Assembly (NCBI GenBank): GCA_022605425.2
Contig: JAKIMF020000005.1
Coordinates: 930,001 to 994,000 of the forward strand
Direction of reading: 5' to 3'
Length of the DNA stretch: 64,000 nt
DNA from: Hamiltosporidium tvaerminnensis FI-OER-3-3
Taxonomy: Eukaryota > Fungi > Microsporidia
The number at the start of each line of letters is the position of its first letter. Position 1 is the first letter of the stretch. The position numbers and the translations under genes are program-made. The notes under the pieces were generated by a model. It searched no databases. It was not told the origin of the DNA and saw nothing but the letters and a program-made list of their open reading frames with translations. Below are positions 23,896-38,666 of this stretch, piece after piece.

Positions 23896-25971
23896 AAAAT
23901 TATACAAAAAATTTGCGTTTTTTTTAGTTTTTTTAGTAAATTTTAAACATTATTTACAGTAAAATTTGAAAATTTCATTCATTATTAATAATATTTTGGT
24001 TCTTTTTAGTTCCAGAAGTTTGTAAATTTGGTGTTTTTAAATATTAAAATATATTATTTGGAAGTTAATGAGTGTTTAAAATCAAAATTTAATTTTTAAA
24101 AATTATTTAGAAACGATAAATTCAATATATTTCTATCGTTTTTTCGGTTCTAAGAGAAACCCTGATTTAAATACTTTTTTTGTTTCTGTTTTATCTATAA
24201 GAAGATCTCCAAAATCTTATTGGTCTGATATATACTAGAATAGAAGAAAATAATATTGTATTGTCTCAAATGATTACATGAATAATGAAATTAGGGAGAA
24301 ATATTTTAAATTCATAATTACTTTTCTTTTTTTCACTATCAAATCAAAAAAAATATTTTTTAATCTCTCTATATAGAGTAAAGATCGGAAATTTTCTTTT
24401 ATGTTTCTTAATCTTATAAACTTTGTATTGCACTTTTTCAAGAAATATTTTAATAATAAATATTTTAAATTTTCGTAAAAGACGGCAAAAAATAAAGGTT
24501 CTGAAAACAATCCCTCAACTGCTATACAATATCTTTAGATATTTTAAAAGTAAACAATACTGCTATATTTCATTGAAAATATATAGTAGGTGAATTTACA
24601 TTGGTTAAAAACTTACCTTTTAAATATTAAATTCAAGTATAATTACATGCATTTCATTAGACCCAGATAAAATTATAAAAATTTGCCTGATTCGTCTTTT
24701 TTATTGCTTAATTTCAGAAGTTTTAAAATACTTTGAAATCCAAATAAAGATTTTTCTCATGATGGTGTTACCAGCCTATAAAAAAAATATAATTTGTGGA
24801 AAACCAACTATAACATTAGACTTAGACAAAAATATTTTCCCATTAAACATTTTGAATGTATTTTTAAAATATTATAACTAAATTCTATTCCTCGAGCATA
24901 CTTAAAACAACATTAACTCATATTTTATTTACTATATATTATAACGAATTAGATTTAAAGTAATATATAGAGAATATAAGCGTATTTCATTAACTCTAAA
25001 AATTTATTGCAGGTTTATTTTAATAATTTTAATTTTTAAAAATGTCATATTTTCGCTTCTTTTTTCCACCAATTAATTTACACTGAATTTTCAACTTTCA
25101 ATGCTTCATCACTAGATAAGTTTTTATTTAAATATGATATTGTTCCTGTATGTTTATTGTGTAAAAAAATCTAATCGAAGTTTACTAACTATTTGTGCTT
25201 AGCGTAGATGACCTTTAGATTTAGAATACCAGGTGAGAATTTTAAAAATATTTAAAATAACCCTTGTTTCTTTGTCAATGCCTTTTTTATGCTTACTCCG
25301 CAATACTTGCCTTGCTTTTTGTATATTAATGTTGTACTTTTTTCTAAACATATGACTTTTACAATATCATAAATATTTTTTTAATAAAGATAGAAGCTTA
25401 TAAAATATTGAATTATTTATTGGTTCGTTGGCTAAACGTATATATTCTATAAGAACAAATATTTAGTTCAGATTTTTTTTAGTTTTAAAGAATTGAAAAG
25501 ACCAATCTTCTTTTCAAATTTCAAGAAATAATCAATTTTGCTTGTAAATGAATGTAAGAAATATAATAAAGGTTATTTACACCCGAATCCAGCCTTTAAA
25601 TAACTGATTTGAATTTTACAATAAATTCTTGCATGTTATAGATTGAATGTCGTATTTTATCCTATATCTGCATTTTGGTGGTTGTAATTGTCTTATGAAT
25701 TATTTGTTCGTGTTTTAAGATTAATAAAAACATCAAATTTCGTTTTGCTTTTAATTTTTGTAGTGGGATTGTATTTAAATATTTCTTCACAAGGTTCTTA
25801 GATTTATTTTTAAAAAACTTCCATATGTAAAAAATATAGTAATTTGGTGGAATACATGTAATATTTTTGCACATATTTTACTTTTTTAATTCTTTTGACT
25901 TCGGTACTAAAAACAGAAATATGGAAAGTATTTAAATAGGGGGGAATAGAAAATCAAACCATTAAACTTTA

Positions 25972-26784
25972 TTAAAATACAGACGTAAATACCTTAGATA
26001 TATTCGGCAATATGATAGATTTTAACAAATTATAAATCCCAATTATGGTCGACCATCCCTTTTCATGTATTTTTATCGTTTCAGGTTTTATCATAATAAA
26101 ATATCCAGCTATATAAATATTAAGAAGTATAAGAAATGAACAAATTCTTATTCTATTGCTTACACCCTTTTCTTCATCAAAAATATTTTGATTGGTCTTT
26201 TTGAACTTATCATACAGATATACCATGGCTTTGATCGTAATTAATATCAATAAAGAAGACAAATCTTTCAGTAAAATACATGAAATTAAACCAAATATAG
26301 CGCTCACAATATACATATTAAATCCAAGATCAATATTCTTCAAATTGATAAATAAATCAATTAAAATATTAAAAATAAAAAATACTGTTTTCCATCCTAA
26401 CCAAAAACCACTTTCACACAATAAAAATACAACTAAAATATAAAAAATAGGTATAAAAAATTGGGATCGTATAACATAATTAATATTCTTTTTAAAATTA
26501 TCTTTATCTTCTGTCTCTTCAAATATATATTTTAAAGTTGTCTGTAACGGCTTAATTAAAAATGAAAACAAACTTATAACACATATCGATAATCCTATTG
26601 TTCCTATAAGATTTTGTGGATTAAAAGATACATTTTCAGGAAATTTAAATGTATGCTGTAATCTAATAATTGCTACAGATATAGATATTAGTATCGCAGA
26701 CGTATATGTCGTTGTGAGTACCAAATATTGCCAAAATTGTTTTGGCGTATTTGATATTTGTGCTTTGGGGCTGTCATTTTCCAT
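25972..26784 (-). CDS. Multi-pass membrane protein, unknown function
   Basis: 270-aa ORF with about 6-7 hydrophobic segments. Confidence 0.7.
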   Translation of the reverse strand: MENDSPKAQISNTPKQFWQYLVLTTTYTSAILISISVAIIRLQHTFKFPENVSFNPQNLIGTIGLSICVISLFSFLIKPLQTTLKYIFEETEDKDNFKKNINYVIRSQFFIPIFYILVVFLLCESGFWLGWKTVFFIFNILIDLFINLKNIDLGFNMYIVSAIFGLISCILLKDLSSLLILITIKAMVYLYDKFKKTNQNIFDEEKGVSNRIRICSFLILLNIYIAGYFIMIKPETIKIHEKGWSTIIGIYNLLKSIILPNISKVFTSVF

Positions 26785-27999
26785 GGCCTGTTGGTTTTTT
26801 TTTTATTTTTATACCTTTTAATTATTCTTTAAACGTATATATTACATTTTATTTCTTCGTAGCCTTTTAACAGTTGTTTTTAATGCAAACCATTGTGCGC
26901 AGTAAATAATTCCCTTTAATTTCGTGTTTTGAAAACTTACATTGTTTTCAAATATCGTACCAATTTTTATTTAGATAGTTTTTTTTGTTCAAATAGACTG
27001 AAAAAATATTATATTATAGTAAAAATATTTAATTATTACTTTTTCCATTTTTAAAATTTAAATTAATTTTTTATTAATTTGTAAATAAAACTATTTCCAG
27101 ATAAATTCAATATCATCTGTCCTTTTCAATAATGAAATTGTGTTATAAAAAATTAATTTAGAAACGCGATCATTATATTGATATTAAAAGTTTACTTGCT
27201 TACTAACTTATTCCGGTTCTCTTATACTTCTTGAGATGGAAAGTTTAAATTTTTATTATCTTAAACGCCACTTAGTATTTTATTTGATGAGTACTACATC
27301 GTTTTATAAAAGGAAAAAATATTACCTATGTTTCGAAATTTTTCCTGTTCTGGGTTTTAAAATATAACTGATCTTCTAAAAATTCATTGATATTCTATTG
27401 ATGTCTAAATCTTAATGTTTTGCCAAGAATTAATGTTCTACCTACTTAATGAAAGATATAATCACCAAAGTTTGTTTTTAATTGCTAAGTAGAGTTAGAC
27501 CATGGACCAGAATCAATTAAGCCTTTTTTAAGACCAGTGAATTATTACACAGTCTACTCTATGCTAACAATTTAAGCTCTTATTTAAGATATTTTTTTAA
27601 AAAATTTAAACCAAGCTAAACTATATGCACAATTTAATACCCATTTACATTCTTTTACTTAGTTTTCCTGGCAGTTAAAGATTTTTTTTTGTATCACGAA
27701 GAGAATTAAGTCTTTCTGAATGTAGAAGGCTGAGTTTACATGCTTTTAAATGAAAATTACTTAAAGTTTAACGTTTGTTCAGAATAGTTATATAAAAATC
27801 AAATTCTAACTTAGAGAAATTTCCCTATTCAATGGATTTTATTTGATTAGCAAAAATTACGATCAAGACAGCAAAAATCAAATGGAATTTTTATCTAAAA
27901 AAAATAAATTTATGAATTTAAAATTTTTACAAAATCATCACTACACTGTAAATTTTAAATCCGATTTTTTTTTCGGCTTCTCAACAAAAAAGCTATCAT

Positions 28000-30900
28000 T
28001 TTTATTTAATAAAATTCTGGGTTAAAATATTTTTTACCATTTTTACATGTTTTCTTCTACATCTTTGACCACTTTTGTCTCTTCTTCCAAATCCGACTCT
28101 TCATTTATGTTATTGGTCGGTTCCTCTAAAGTGGTTCCTCCTTGTAAAATAAAGGGGGCTTTATATTTTGGTTTAAAATTTTTGGCACCATCTTCCTCTC
28201 TCTTCTCTTCTTTTAAAGGGGGTATTGGTTCCTCATGCATCTCTGATCTCATAATAACACCCATTGACGCTCTCTCCCAGCTCTCTTCGGCATTTATTCC
28301 TGACTCAAGTCCTCTTCGTCGATCAAAGGAAATAGTTTCGACTGTCTTTTTAAGTACTATAGACTGAATGTATGCTTCTACATTCATGGGTATTTCTAGT
28401 CTTTTAAGATGAGATTTATGGTATTTTGTCACAATACCGTCCCAGGTCATCACATAAGGGATTATCTCAACACTACACTTATAAATAAGGCCCAACTCAT
28501 TGGCTAGCAGGTCATACTTCCTAAGTTTTTCAGTTTCAACTATTTGAAGTGAATCTTGGGAAGTGATTCCTACTTCAATGAGTGTTATCTTATTCTTCTT
28601 CTTATCTAAAATAAATATGTCCGGTCTGTTATTCCGAATTTTAACATCAGTTTTAATTCTGGTGTCCACTCTTATCTCTGCATACTCATTATCAAGAATT
28701 TCTTGAACTGAGTGGCTCCTTATTCGTTTTGAAGACTTAAACTTATATCTATTTAGAAGGAGAAGGTGTAGGCATCTAACCACTTCATTATGCCGTCTAG
28801 TGTAATCATGGCCTAGCATTTTTTCACATCTAGTTGCTAGATGATCCACAGTCTTACCAGACTTCCCGCAATGTTGACACACACCATCTGCTCCCCAGAA
28901 TACATTTCTATCCTGGATATAGCAGAACACAGCTTCATTTCGTGGCCTAATATTTCCTCTCTTTAGCCATCTTGAAGAGTCACTAACACTCACAAGCTAA
29001 TTTTTCCTTGCATTATATAACTTTGAATGGAGTTTTCGTTTTTCTATTTCGTTATATAGTTTTGCAAGTTGAGCTTCTTCTAAACTTTTCTTAGTGACTT
29101 CTTCTACCAACCTGTACTTTACTTTTAAGAAGCCTTTTATTAGTGCAAGATGGGTTTTATTATTATTCTCCACCTTGAGAATTGCTGCTCGTCTAGTTGA
29201 TATTTCTTTATTTTTTTCCAGACAATCCAAGAGTTGCAGAAGCATATGTTCGCTTCGCAACTCAACACTATGTAGGCCTCTTCCAAGTTCTGTTCTAGGA
29301 AGATACAAACGCTTTTTACATCCTGGGCGGAGATGTATCATATTCTTCACCAACACCGCAAGCACTGCATCATCTAACTTAGAGAAGTCAGCCGGTTCAA
29401 GTCGAAGTACTCCTATGTAATAGTTGATTAACGATATCGCATGTTGATTGATTGCAGAAAATAAATTTTTTGCGTTTAATCTAGTGTGACAAAGTCTTTC
29501 AACTCTTGATATAAGTTTGCTTTGTACTTCTTCAAATGAGCTACGTGTTGGAATTCCTCTGCAATCTTCTATTATCCCTAAATATTTGTAAACACTAACA
29601 CCTTCTAGAAGAGTAGCAGTATCTTCACAACACGTATCATTTGTGGCTGACTTCTCTTTGTTAATCTCTAAGCCAATCACCTCTAAAAATTCCTTTGCCT
29701 CGCCTGTCATAGCACACAATGTGGAGCTGTCTTTTGCAAGGAGCTTAAGATCATCAATAAACAAGAGATGATTAGTAGAGAGGGATTCTGCATCTGTTTG
29801 TACTGTCACTTTTGTGTATTTTTCATTAAGCTTTCGGCTTAATGGATCCATACACAACACAAATAACAAAGGTGACAGACTATCTCCTTGTAGAATCCCT
29901 CTATCAATCTTCTTGCTCATGATTTTTTCAGGCCCTACTGATATATCAATTTTCCATTTTGATATAATTACCTTAATAAATTTCAGGATCCAATCAGGTA
30001 AATTAAGGTTTTCAATGCATTGAGTTAAATAAGCATGATCTATTGAATCAAAAGCTTTTTTAACATCAATCCATGTTGCCTTAAGATTATTTCCATACTC
30101 TTTATTTAAGGCAATATTCAGTAGAGCCTGCTCTTTCGCTCCCTGCACACCTCTTACCGCCCCTAGTTGGTTCTCTGCAAGCAACCCTCGCCTTTCCACT
30201 TCAAGTTGAACGACTTTCGTTACACACTTTGTCGTTAACTTATAGAGGTTGGACATACAAGTGATTGGCCTGTAGTCAGAGCCTCTTCGTGGAATTCCTT
30301 TCGGTATCAAATACGTAAGCCCGCAGTAAAACCAATCAGCTTGAGGTGTTCCTTCTAAACATATAACTTTCACAATATCATAAAGATATTTGTGAAGAGT
30401 TGTAAGTTTCTTAATGAAAAAATTGTAAATACCATCAATTCCAGCAGCTTTCCAATTAGGGAGCCAATTAATGATATTCACAAATTCATCAAGTGAAGGA
30501 AACGTGGTCGGATGATTATCTGATACAAATGGAATCAAATAATCATCGTACGTGACTGTGTCATCATTTTTGTTCCACATTGTAGACCAAAAACTCACAA
30601 TTTCATCACGGCTAACCACATGCTCGGATTCCACACGCTCAGATAACCCACGATAAAATCGACCTCGGAAAAGCTCAAACATACGATTCTCTTTTCGGAA
30701 TTGCTTCTTACTTTCATGCATCGTAATTTTTTTCTCGTAAACATTCAAAGACTCATTCTTCTTAACTAAAGCCTCAGAAGGATTAGTTACGCTGCTCAAG
30801 TTTAAATTAAACTCTCGCATGATTTTCTTAAGGCTCTTCGTTTCCGAAGTGAAGAGCATTTCCTGCTTACGATCCTTCTTTAGGAGATCTTTGGAAAGTA

Positions 30901-31807
30901 CTAACTTAGAAATTTTACTTTCTATGTTTTCCTTCCAAGCGGATCTAGGCTTCTCTTTACGTGTTGCCTCGTCATAGCATACCTGCGCAGCTTGCATGAT
31001 ATACGCGGCTTCCGTAATTGACTCAGGTACATGAGCTCCTGCATATTCACCGACTACTCGATTTATGAGATCCAGAACTTTACTATCAACCAATTCATTT
31101 GGATGTTTTCTAGTTCGGACCACCACTTTTCCAATTTCGTTCTCAGAGATTTCTTTGATTTTACTCAAGAATTTATCTCTCAGGTTTATGTACTCCGTGG
31201 TGTCGGTCAAGGTGCATGTATCAGCGAGACAAGTGGCGATTCTACGTCGCTCTCCATTCTCTTCTGATTTTACATCCTTTCCCATCTCACTTTGTGCCAA
31301 TTTTTTTAACACTTCGAGAGTTTCAGTGCAGCCGAATTTCTCATTATAGTACCTGTGAAGCTCTGTCCAGCCATTTCTTGGCATTCTTTCAAACCTTGTC
31401 TGTACTGCAAAAAAAACAATTCGAGGCCATTCCTTCGGGTCGGCTGTTACGGAATCGAATATCGTCCGCAATGCCATTAGCCTGTTACCTTCCGGAATAG
31501 CTAGAGTACAGGGGCTTGTCATGTCGTACGATGGCTCGCACGCAGAGACTTCAACCGAAGAGGGAATTGGTGCATTAGGCGAAGGTAAGGTGTCAAGCCC
31601 ACTATTTTGCATTTTACTGCATGTTTGGCTTGGTGGTGGAGGTGTTATTGTTGTGTAGGAGGAGGAAGGTAGGGGAATCACCGGTGGGTGTAGCTTACAT
31701 TTTTGTATCTCACTATCACTCTTTTTCACCTCATCAGCGTCGTTTGCAGCCTTTATTTTGGTATTATTCGATATTTCGCTGCTAACATTTTTCTTTCTAC
31801 CCATAAT
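28000..31807 (-). mobile_element. Near full-length single-ORF non-LTR retrotransposon (RT plus restriction-like endonuclease; R4/Dong-like)
   Basis: RT motifs YRPITC, QGDSLSPLLF, LFIDD, YKYLG; CCHC finger CQHC..H....C; RHN, RPDI, IEV and K..KY endonuclease motifs; candidate TSD AAAAAGCTAT at 27987-27996 and 31808-31817. Confidence 0.93.
28043..31804 (-). pseudogene. RT-endonuclease ORF (1254 codons) broken by one in-frame TAG at 28997-28999
   Basis: The two track ORFs share a frame; the decayed copy near 4483 has GAG (Glu) at this codon. Confidence 0.9.
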
Positions 31808-32699
31808 AAAAAGCTATTATATATATATATATTTGAATATATATTTTCTATATTATAGCAGTAAAATATTTTTTTATTGCTAAAACTCTTTACACAACCC
31901 ATAGTTAAAGTGTAAAATTGATTTTGGTTTAGATAATTTGAAATACTATTTATTGCATACCGAGAAATATTCTTTTAATCAAATACTTCATAGATAAAAA
32001 ATGCTTAAGATCCATCTTAAACGCACCTATACTACATTGGAGGTTCTATGTTCTAAAAATATATACACTTCTCGGTTCATGGCTTTCGTGTGAATATAAA
32101 CAATATTCTGCGTGTCTAATCAAAAACAAATTATCCTAAAGTAATTTGTCTAGATATTTTCATTTTTTTTGTCTCATTTTAATGTTCTTTATTTTTAACT
32201 TCATTCATACATAAAACCAGGATATTACTTTTAGCCTTTTAGATCACACTTCTGTTTCTAAAGTTTGAGAATTTGTTGAAAATACTCTGTTTCGATTGTT
32301 TATACGCGATCTGTAGTTATGATATGCCGCATCTAAATCCTTACAAAATTTAATTGCATATATTTTTTTGTTCTGCTCACAATTTAGTATGAAATACAAA
32401 CCACTCGGTGGATTTCAATAATCAGTTTTTAGTTTCACATTTGATCATATTTACATAATACATGCACTATCCTAGGTATATTAAAAACTTCTATTAGATT
32501 ACAGCAATTTCGTTGTAATACCATTTAATGCCACAATTTAAATATATGCCAATGTGTATCAAAAGACGAGATTTCTTATTTTACCAAACAATTTATTTAT
32601 TGGTTTTCTCATTTCAACAACTTTAAATGAAACTTGTGATGTATTCTGACGTAAACGTGAATTATACTGGTAAATATTTATTCAAGATGCATGTTAACA

Positions 32700-33620
32700 A
32701 TCCATTATTGCCAAACTATACCATAACTAGCGGTAAAACCCATGAAAACTTAATTTATATTAAAAAAATAATTTAAATAAAGTAGATTATGTCCTTTACC
32801 TTCAGTAATTAAGTAATAATTTTATATTGTTATTTTGACACTGATATCTATACCTATATTTTGCTCGTATACTTTTTTCAGTTCTTTCATATAGGCATTT
32901 TTAGCGCTTCGGTACAATTTCTAATAAAAACGCAGCATATTTTTCCTCTTTTGATCAGATTGCTTTTAACTTTTTCATATCTTTAGAACGCTTTTTTTGC
33001 TAATTCATACCTCCACCTTCTATTTTTATTTAGTTCCATCTTCTTCCGCGTTGGTATTTATTTGTTTAGAGCGTTTTATTGTTCTAAAAAAACGGTTTTT
33101 TAAAACATATGTAGTATTGGTAAATTTATAGTTGTATAATTTTTTAGTTATTTTTACTGCAAATCTTGTAATTTAATCGATTATAAAATCACATACGACC
33201 ATATAAGTAATTATTATTAAGAATATAAATATAATTTACAAGTTAAGACAAAAAACATTGTTCCTGTCATATAATCTTTTAAATATTAGTAGAATACATT
33301 GAAAAAAATTTCTTCAAAGTTATTATATTGAAACTAACTTTAAAATTATTACTTAAAAAGGGAAAAAAAATTATTAATGTTTCTAATATGATGTATTACA
33401 ACTAGAAAATATGGTTAACAAGTTTTTTTTGCAAAGATATTTTTTAACAAATCAACAATTCAAAGCTTTTCTGGTTCTATTTCTACACTCTATTACTAAT
33501 TGTGTATGCTTTATGAAAAACTCATAAGAGTCATATTCTTAATCAGATTAATATTATCATTGTTTTATATTGTTCTACGATTAAACATTTTAGGTGAGTC
33601 GTCGCCTTTGGGGTGACATT
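32700..33620. repeat. Old diverged dispersed repeat (inverted relative to ~1645-2600)
   Basis: Colinear shared blocks, see 1645-2600. Confidence 0.6.
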
Positions 33621-33779
33621 AATCGATTATACAAAATATCAAAGTTCGTTTGTCTTATACAGATTAAAACAAGCAAAATATTTTTATATTTATTCTTCAT
33701 CCCATTTTATATAGACTTTACAACAATTCAATCATTAAATATATTAATAATCAATAAGTTGAGTTTTAATAATTATTAT

Positions 33780-34280
33780 TGATTTAAAATTCTGGGTTAA
33801 CAAATTTTTCTCTTTTCTAAATAATTCTTTCCATAATTTCCACCACTTCTATCTCTTCCTCCGACTCTAACTCTTTATTTGCATTAATTGTTGGTTCCTC
33901 TGTTTTGGTTTTGCGATCCAAAATAAAGTGGTAAACTATTTTTTGTATTTTCCGTTTTAACACAATCTTCCTCGTTGTCTACTTGTTTAAAGGTAGTGTT
34001 GGTTATTTGTGCATATCAGCTCATAAAATAACACTTAATGATGCTCTCTCCCAGCTTCCTCGGCATTTGGTTTAAACTCAAGTCTTCTTCGTCGATCAAA
34101 AGAAATTGTTTCGACTGTCATCTTGAGTGCTATAGATTGTATATATGCCTCTATATTCTTGGGTATTTGCAGTCTCTTAGCATACGTCTTATGGTATTTT
34201 GGCACAATACTGTCCCAGGTCACCACATAAGGAATTATCTCTACACTAAATTTATAACTAAGACCCACTCATTTGCTAAA
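33780..34280 (-). mobile_element. 5'-truncated retrotransposon 3' end
   Basis: SVEIIPYVVTWDSIVPKYHK..EAYIQSIALKMTVETISFDRRR and the AACCCAGAATTTTA terminus. Confidence 0.9.
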
Positions 34281-35539
34281 GTTTTAAATAAAATTTTTAT
34301 ATTTTTTTGAAAATAATTCGCTTTCCCTACTTAATTTTTTTTTTCAAAAAAAATCAGAAAAAAATACCTGCGTAAGTCTAAAACCCAAAACAAACCTACT
34401 TTTTCTTTGTACAAAAAAATGCATAACCGCTACTCGAATATAAAAATCTCATCTAATATTGTTTAATACAGGAATCAATAATAATTAATGTTTAAAAGCC
34501 AGATTGTATGATTAAGCAAGAAATGTACCTTTTAAGTCTTTTATTTCCTAAAGTTTTTCAGTAGAAATCTTAATGTTTGCTTCAAAGTCACCTCAAAACA
34601 CTTAAGTATTTTATGAATTGTAAAACGGCTGACTCGAAATCATTGAAGATTGCGAGTCTGTCGAATTACATTGAAAGGGATTGCCTGGCTTAAATATATG
34701 AAAATTTAAAAAAATTAAAAAAATTGCGGTTTATATTTTCTTTTTTTGGCAAAATAAATCGAAAATACCATATATTGCTAATTTTTTCTAATAGTGTATT
34801 TTATTGCAGTGTTTTATTTTCTTCTTCTTTCTGTTTAATTTGCTCTTATTGATACAAAATTCTGTATTTTTTAATCAACAGCATCATTTTACTTCATTTA
34901 ATCTACTGTTTTTTTGGGCTTTCTTACTTTCTTCCTCAAGCGTTTTGAAAGAAATACCAATATAAATTACTCTGCTATAGAAAATTGTCTCAAAGAAACA
35001 TCAATTATTTTCTAGTCATTAATCAATCTTATTCACATATGAATTCTTTTTTAATCCCTAGATTGCTTCTTCTATGTTTTTTAACATCATAAATTGATCG
35101 TTTGCAGAAATTCAGTTCGATTTTTAAAACAATGAAGGTAAATCTTATGGTATTTCATTAAGTAGTACCTGGTTTATAACACAAAAAATTATATCGTTAT
35201 TACATCTATTACAAAGCCAAACATAGTATTCAACAAGACTTTTTTTATTTAGTTTAAAATTTTCGGCTTAAAAGCGAATCTTACAAATAATTTCTATTTG
35301 AATGAATAAAATTAAATTTAATTTATTAGAATAAATATATTAGGTACCTATCAAATATTTTGTGATATCGTTTATTCACGTTTTCGCTCTTTTTTCTGTA
35401 TACTCATTAGAATAAATTTATTTGAAAATGTTTTTGTCACCAGTTAATCAAAAAATTATGTTTCTTTGCGAATATATATGTTAATACTATACAGAGAGTG
35501 TATAATATGCATTAAAAACATTTTACAGGCAACAATACG

Positions 35540-36085
35540 TCAAATTTGTTAAAAAATTGGGTTTTTATTTTTTTAGGAGGAGAACCGGATCAAATCTTTG
35601 GTTGTTCAGAGAAATTTGTACGTAGAGAATAAATTCTACAGGAACGTGAATCCCTTTCCTATAAATTTGGTTTATGATTTTTTTGTTACTAGATTAGAAA
35701 CAAACAGCTGAACTTATATCTAATTGTTTTGTAAAAACATGAAGATTTAAATTCTTGCTCGATTAAAAAGTTTTGTGCTTGATAGACAAGAAAAACGAAT
35801 GCTTTGAAGTGCCAATTGCGAGACATAACCTTTTAGTATGTTCTTAAAACGTCTAGGCGGCTTCTTCATACATTCTTAGATATTGGTGGTTGGAAGTTTT
35901 TTGGCTCAGAAATTGTAGAGTAGGGTGAAATCCTTTGGTCTTTGTGATCCAAAGCGAGTTTAAATCTTCAATCAAGCTTTAGGCAGCAAATATGAAAGAA
36001 CTTCTGCCAACACTCTGCTTATTAAATTGTTTCTAAACGCCCTATAGACACATAAGTTTAGGATTTAGGTATCGTAAATTATTCC
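35540..36085 (+). repeat. ~700-bp element, copy 2 (older, more diverged)
   Basis: GTCTAGGCGG, GAAGTTTTTTGGCTCAGAAATTGTAGAGTA and GGATTTAGGTATCGTA are colinear with 58500-58920. Confidence 0.7.
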
Positions 36086-38189
36086 GATGATATGATCGAA
36101 AGAAATTATTCATGGTAAACCCAGAAAAGCGTTAATGTGAGAAAAAAATATAAAATATTTACTTTCATTAAACTATAGAGATATATTTAATAAATATATG
36201 GTAAAACTAGATATTTTATGTTATATCTTGGTGTATTTAAGCTTTAATATTTCGTTAGATTAAACTAAAAATACTCTAAGAATTTAAAATGACAAATATC
36301 AAATGTTTTTGCATCCCAAAATATTCTTCTGATCTTAAAATAGTAGAAAGTATCTCCGTTAAGAATTTTATTTTCATTTTTTTTGACTTCAAAGAGAATG
36401 GATATGCTTAAAATTACATTATTTTTATTATATGTATTTAAATGTATTCGATATTCTCTTATATACGTCTTCTTAAATAGCTTTTGTTAATTAATATTTT
36501 CTTAAAACAGATCTATTCTATATCCAACATTCTTAAAGATTCTAAAAGTATAAAATAGTGCATTGAGGTTCAAATTTTGAACTTATGCTCATCTGTTTGA
36601 AATATTTATATTTTCTGATGGGAAAATGTTAAATTCGTAATAAATATCTCACACTCTTCCAATTTCATATTCCAATTGAATCTTTAATTTTTGTTAATTA
36701 AAATAAATTTTGCACTCTATTATATGGTTTGGAACCTATCATATCAGCACATCACGTATCATACATATAACACATACTAATTAGCCTTTTCAAAATATGT
36801 ACTGTTTCTTTAAAGTTAATAAGACATCTTATATTATTTTATTCATATATTATATACTTTTACTTTTTTTGTATTAAATGCGGTAAAGCAAAATTTTTTC
36901 TTTATAAAAGATCTGATTTTAAATTCCAAGTAAATTTGTTTCTGTTTATATAAATCTTCAATTTTCATAAACATTTTTATAAACTCTATTTTTTAAAAGT
37001 ACATTTTATTCTTTAAAAAAACTCTAATCTGATTGTAATTTTTCATTATTGAATAAATATTACAGAGATTAAACTCAAAAATCTAACCGGACATATAATT
37101 AAACCAATACAAATATTAAAAGAAGAGTGATTGATCACCGAATGATATATTTATCTTTACTTTACTCATTAAATCTCAATAGATATACTATTATATTATT
37201 ATGAAACCACTCTTCATATTTATTGCAATCCTTGTATGTATTATATTATGCTTCAGCCTAATCTATACATACACAGCTTTATTAAACAAAAAATATTTTT
37301 GTAAAAATTTCTCTTAAAAATATTTCTATTTATATCTAACCGATAGACCTATAAATACTTTTATTACAATTTTTTTACTTTTGATATATCAAATTCACAG
37401 AATCAATTCAAAATAATTAACTTCTACATTCGTTTTAATATATTAAGAGATAACTTACACATCCATTAACTTTTTAATATCAATAAATATCACACATGAA
37501 TTACTTATACACTCTTTATCTTAATTATCATTTATTAACTCACTTTTAGTTATACCTTCACATCTCTCAATACAAAATTGATCAATCTATTAGATTAATT
37601 AACTAAATTAAATATTTATTATATCTAGAAATATATTGATAAAAAGATTATATATAAATCTAATCTCATATATACCTCTCATAAATATCTCTTAATTATC
37701 ATTAAACTACATATCTCTCATAAATATAATCTCATAAATATAATCTCATAAATATCTCTCAATTGTAATAAAAATACATAATATTCTTAAATATACATAG
37801 ATATAAAAACTTATACATTAATATATTTGAAAAACATTTACAATTTAAGAAATATTTAATCTCAATCTAGATATAGAAAAAGAATTCCTAAATAAATTTA
37901 TAAATCTATATTTACTATAAATAAGTCTCTTTTATTTAATAATACATTTAATCTTAGTATAAATATATCATAAAAAATAATATAATTATAGAATAGGTTT
38001 ATTAAAAATAATATAATTAATCTTAAATCTAATTCAGATCTCATTTCTTTCTTTTTAATATATTTTTCGTTTCTGTGATAAAAATAATATAATTAATCTT
38101 AAATCTAATCCAATATCTCATTTCTTTCTTTTTAATACATTTTCGTTTCAATACATTCTTTTTTAATAGAAAAATAAAATATTTTACAA

Positions 38190-38666
38190 CCAATTTATAA
38201 AAAAACGAATAAATTTATTTCAACAAACTCTCACTCCTCTCTCAATAAACCTTCTATCAATATTAAAATATTTATAAAAAAACGAATAAATTTATTTCAC
38301 CAAACTCTCACTCCTCTCTCACTCCTCTCTCACTCCTTCTCTCACTCCTTCTCTCACTCCTCTCTCACTCCTTCTATCAATATTAAAATATTTATAAAAA
38401 AACGAATAAATTTATTTCAACAAACTCTCACTCCTCTCTCACTCCTTTCTCACTCCTCTCTCACTCCTTCTCTCACTCCTCTCTCAATAAACCTTCTATT
38501 AATATTAAAATATTTATAAAAAAACGAATAAATTTATTTCAACAAACTCTCACTCCTCTCTCACTCCTCTCTCACTCCTCTCTCACTCCTCTCTCACTCC
38601 TCTCTCAATAAACCTTCTATTAATATTAAAATATTTATAAAAAAACGAATAAATTTATTTCAACAA
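38190..38666 (+). repeat. Compound tandem repeat immediately upstream of the RdRP start
   Basis: Five copies of TTTATAAAAAAACGAATAAATTTATTTCA separated by variable numbers of CTCTCACTCCT units. Confidence 0.92.

Noticed and set aside
28994-28999. Programmed TAG readthrough between RT and endonuclease
   Set aside because: The sister copy has GAG at this codon, so a nonsense mutation or read error is simpler
38190-38666. Repeat-spacer-like pattern
   Set aside because: The apparent spacers are copies of one microsatellite, not unique sequences
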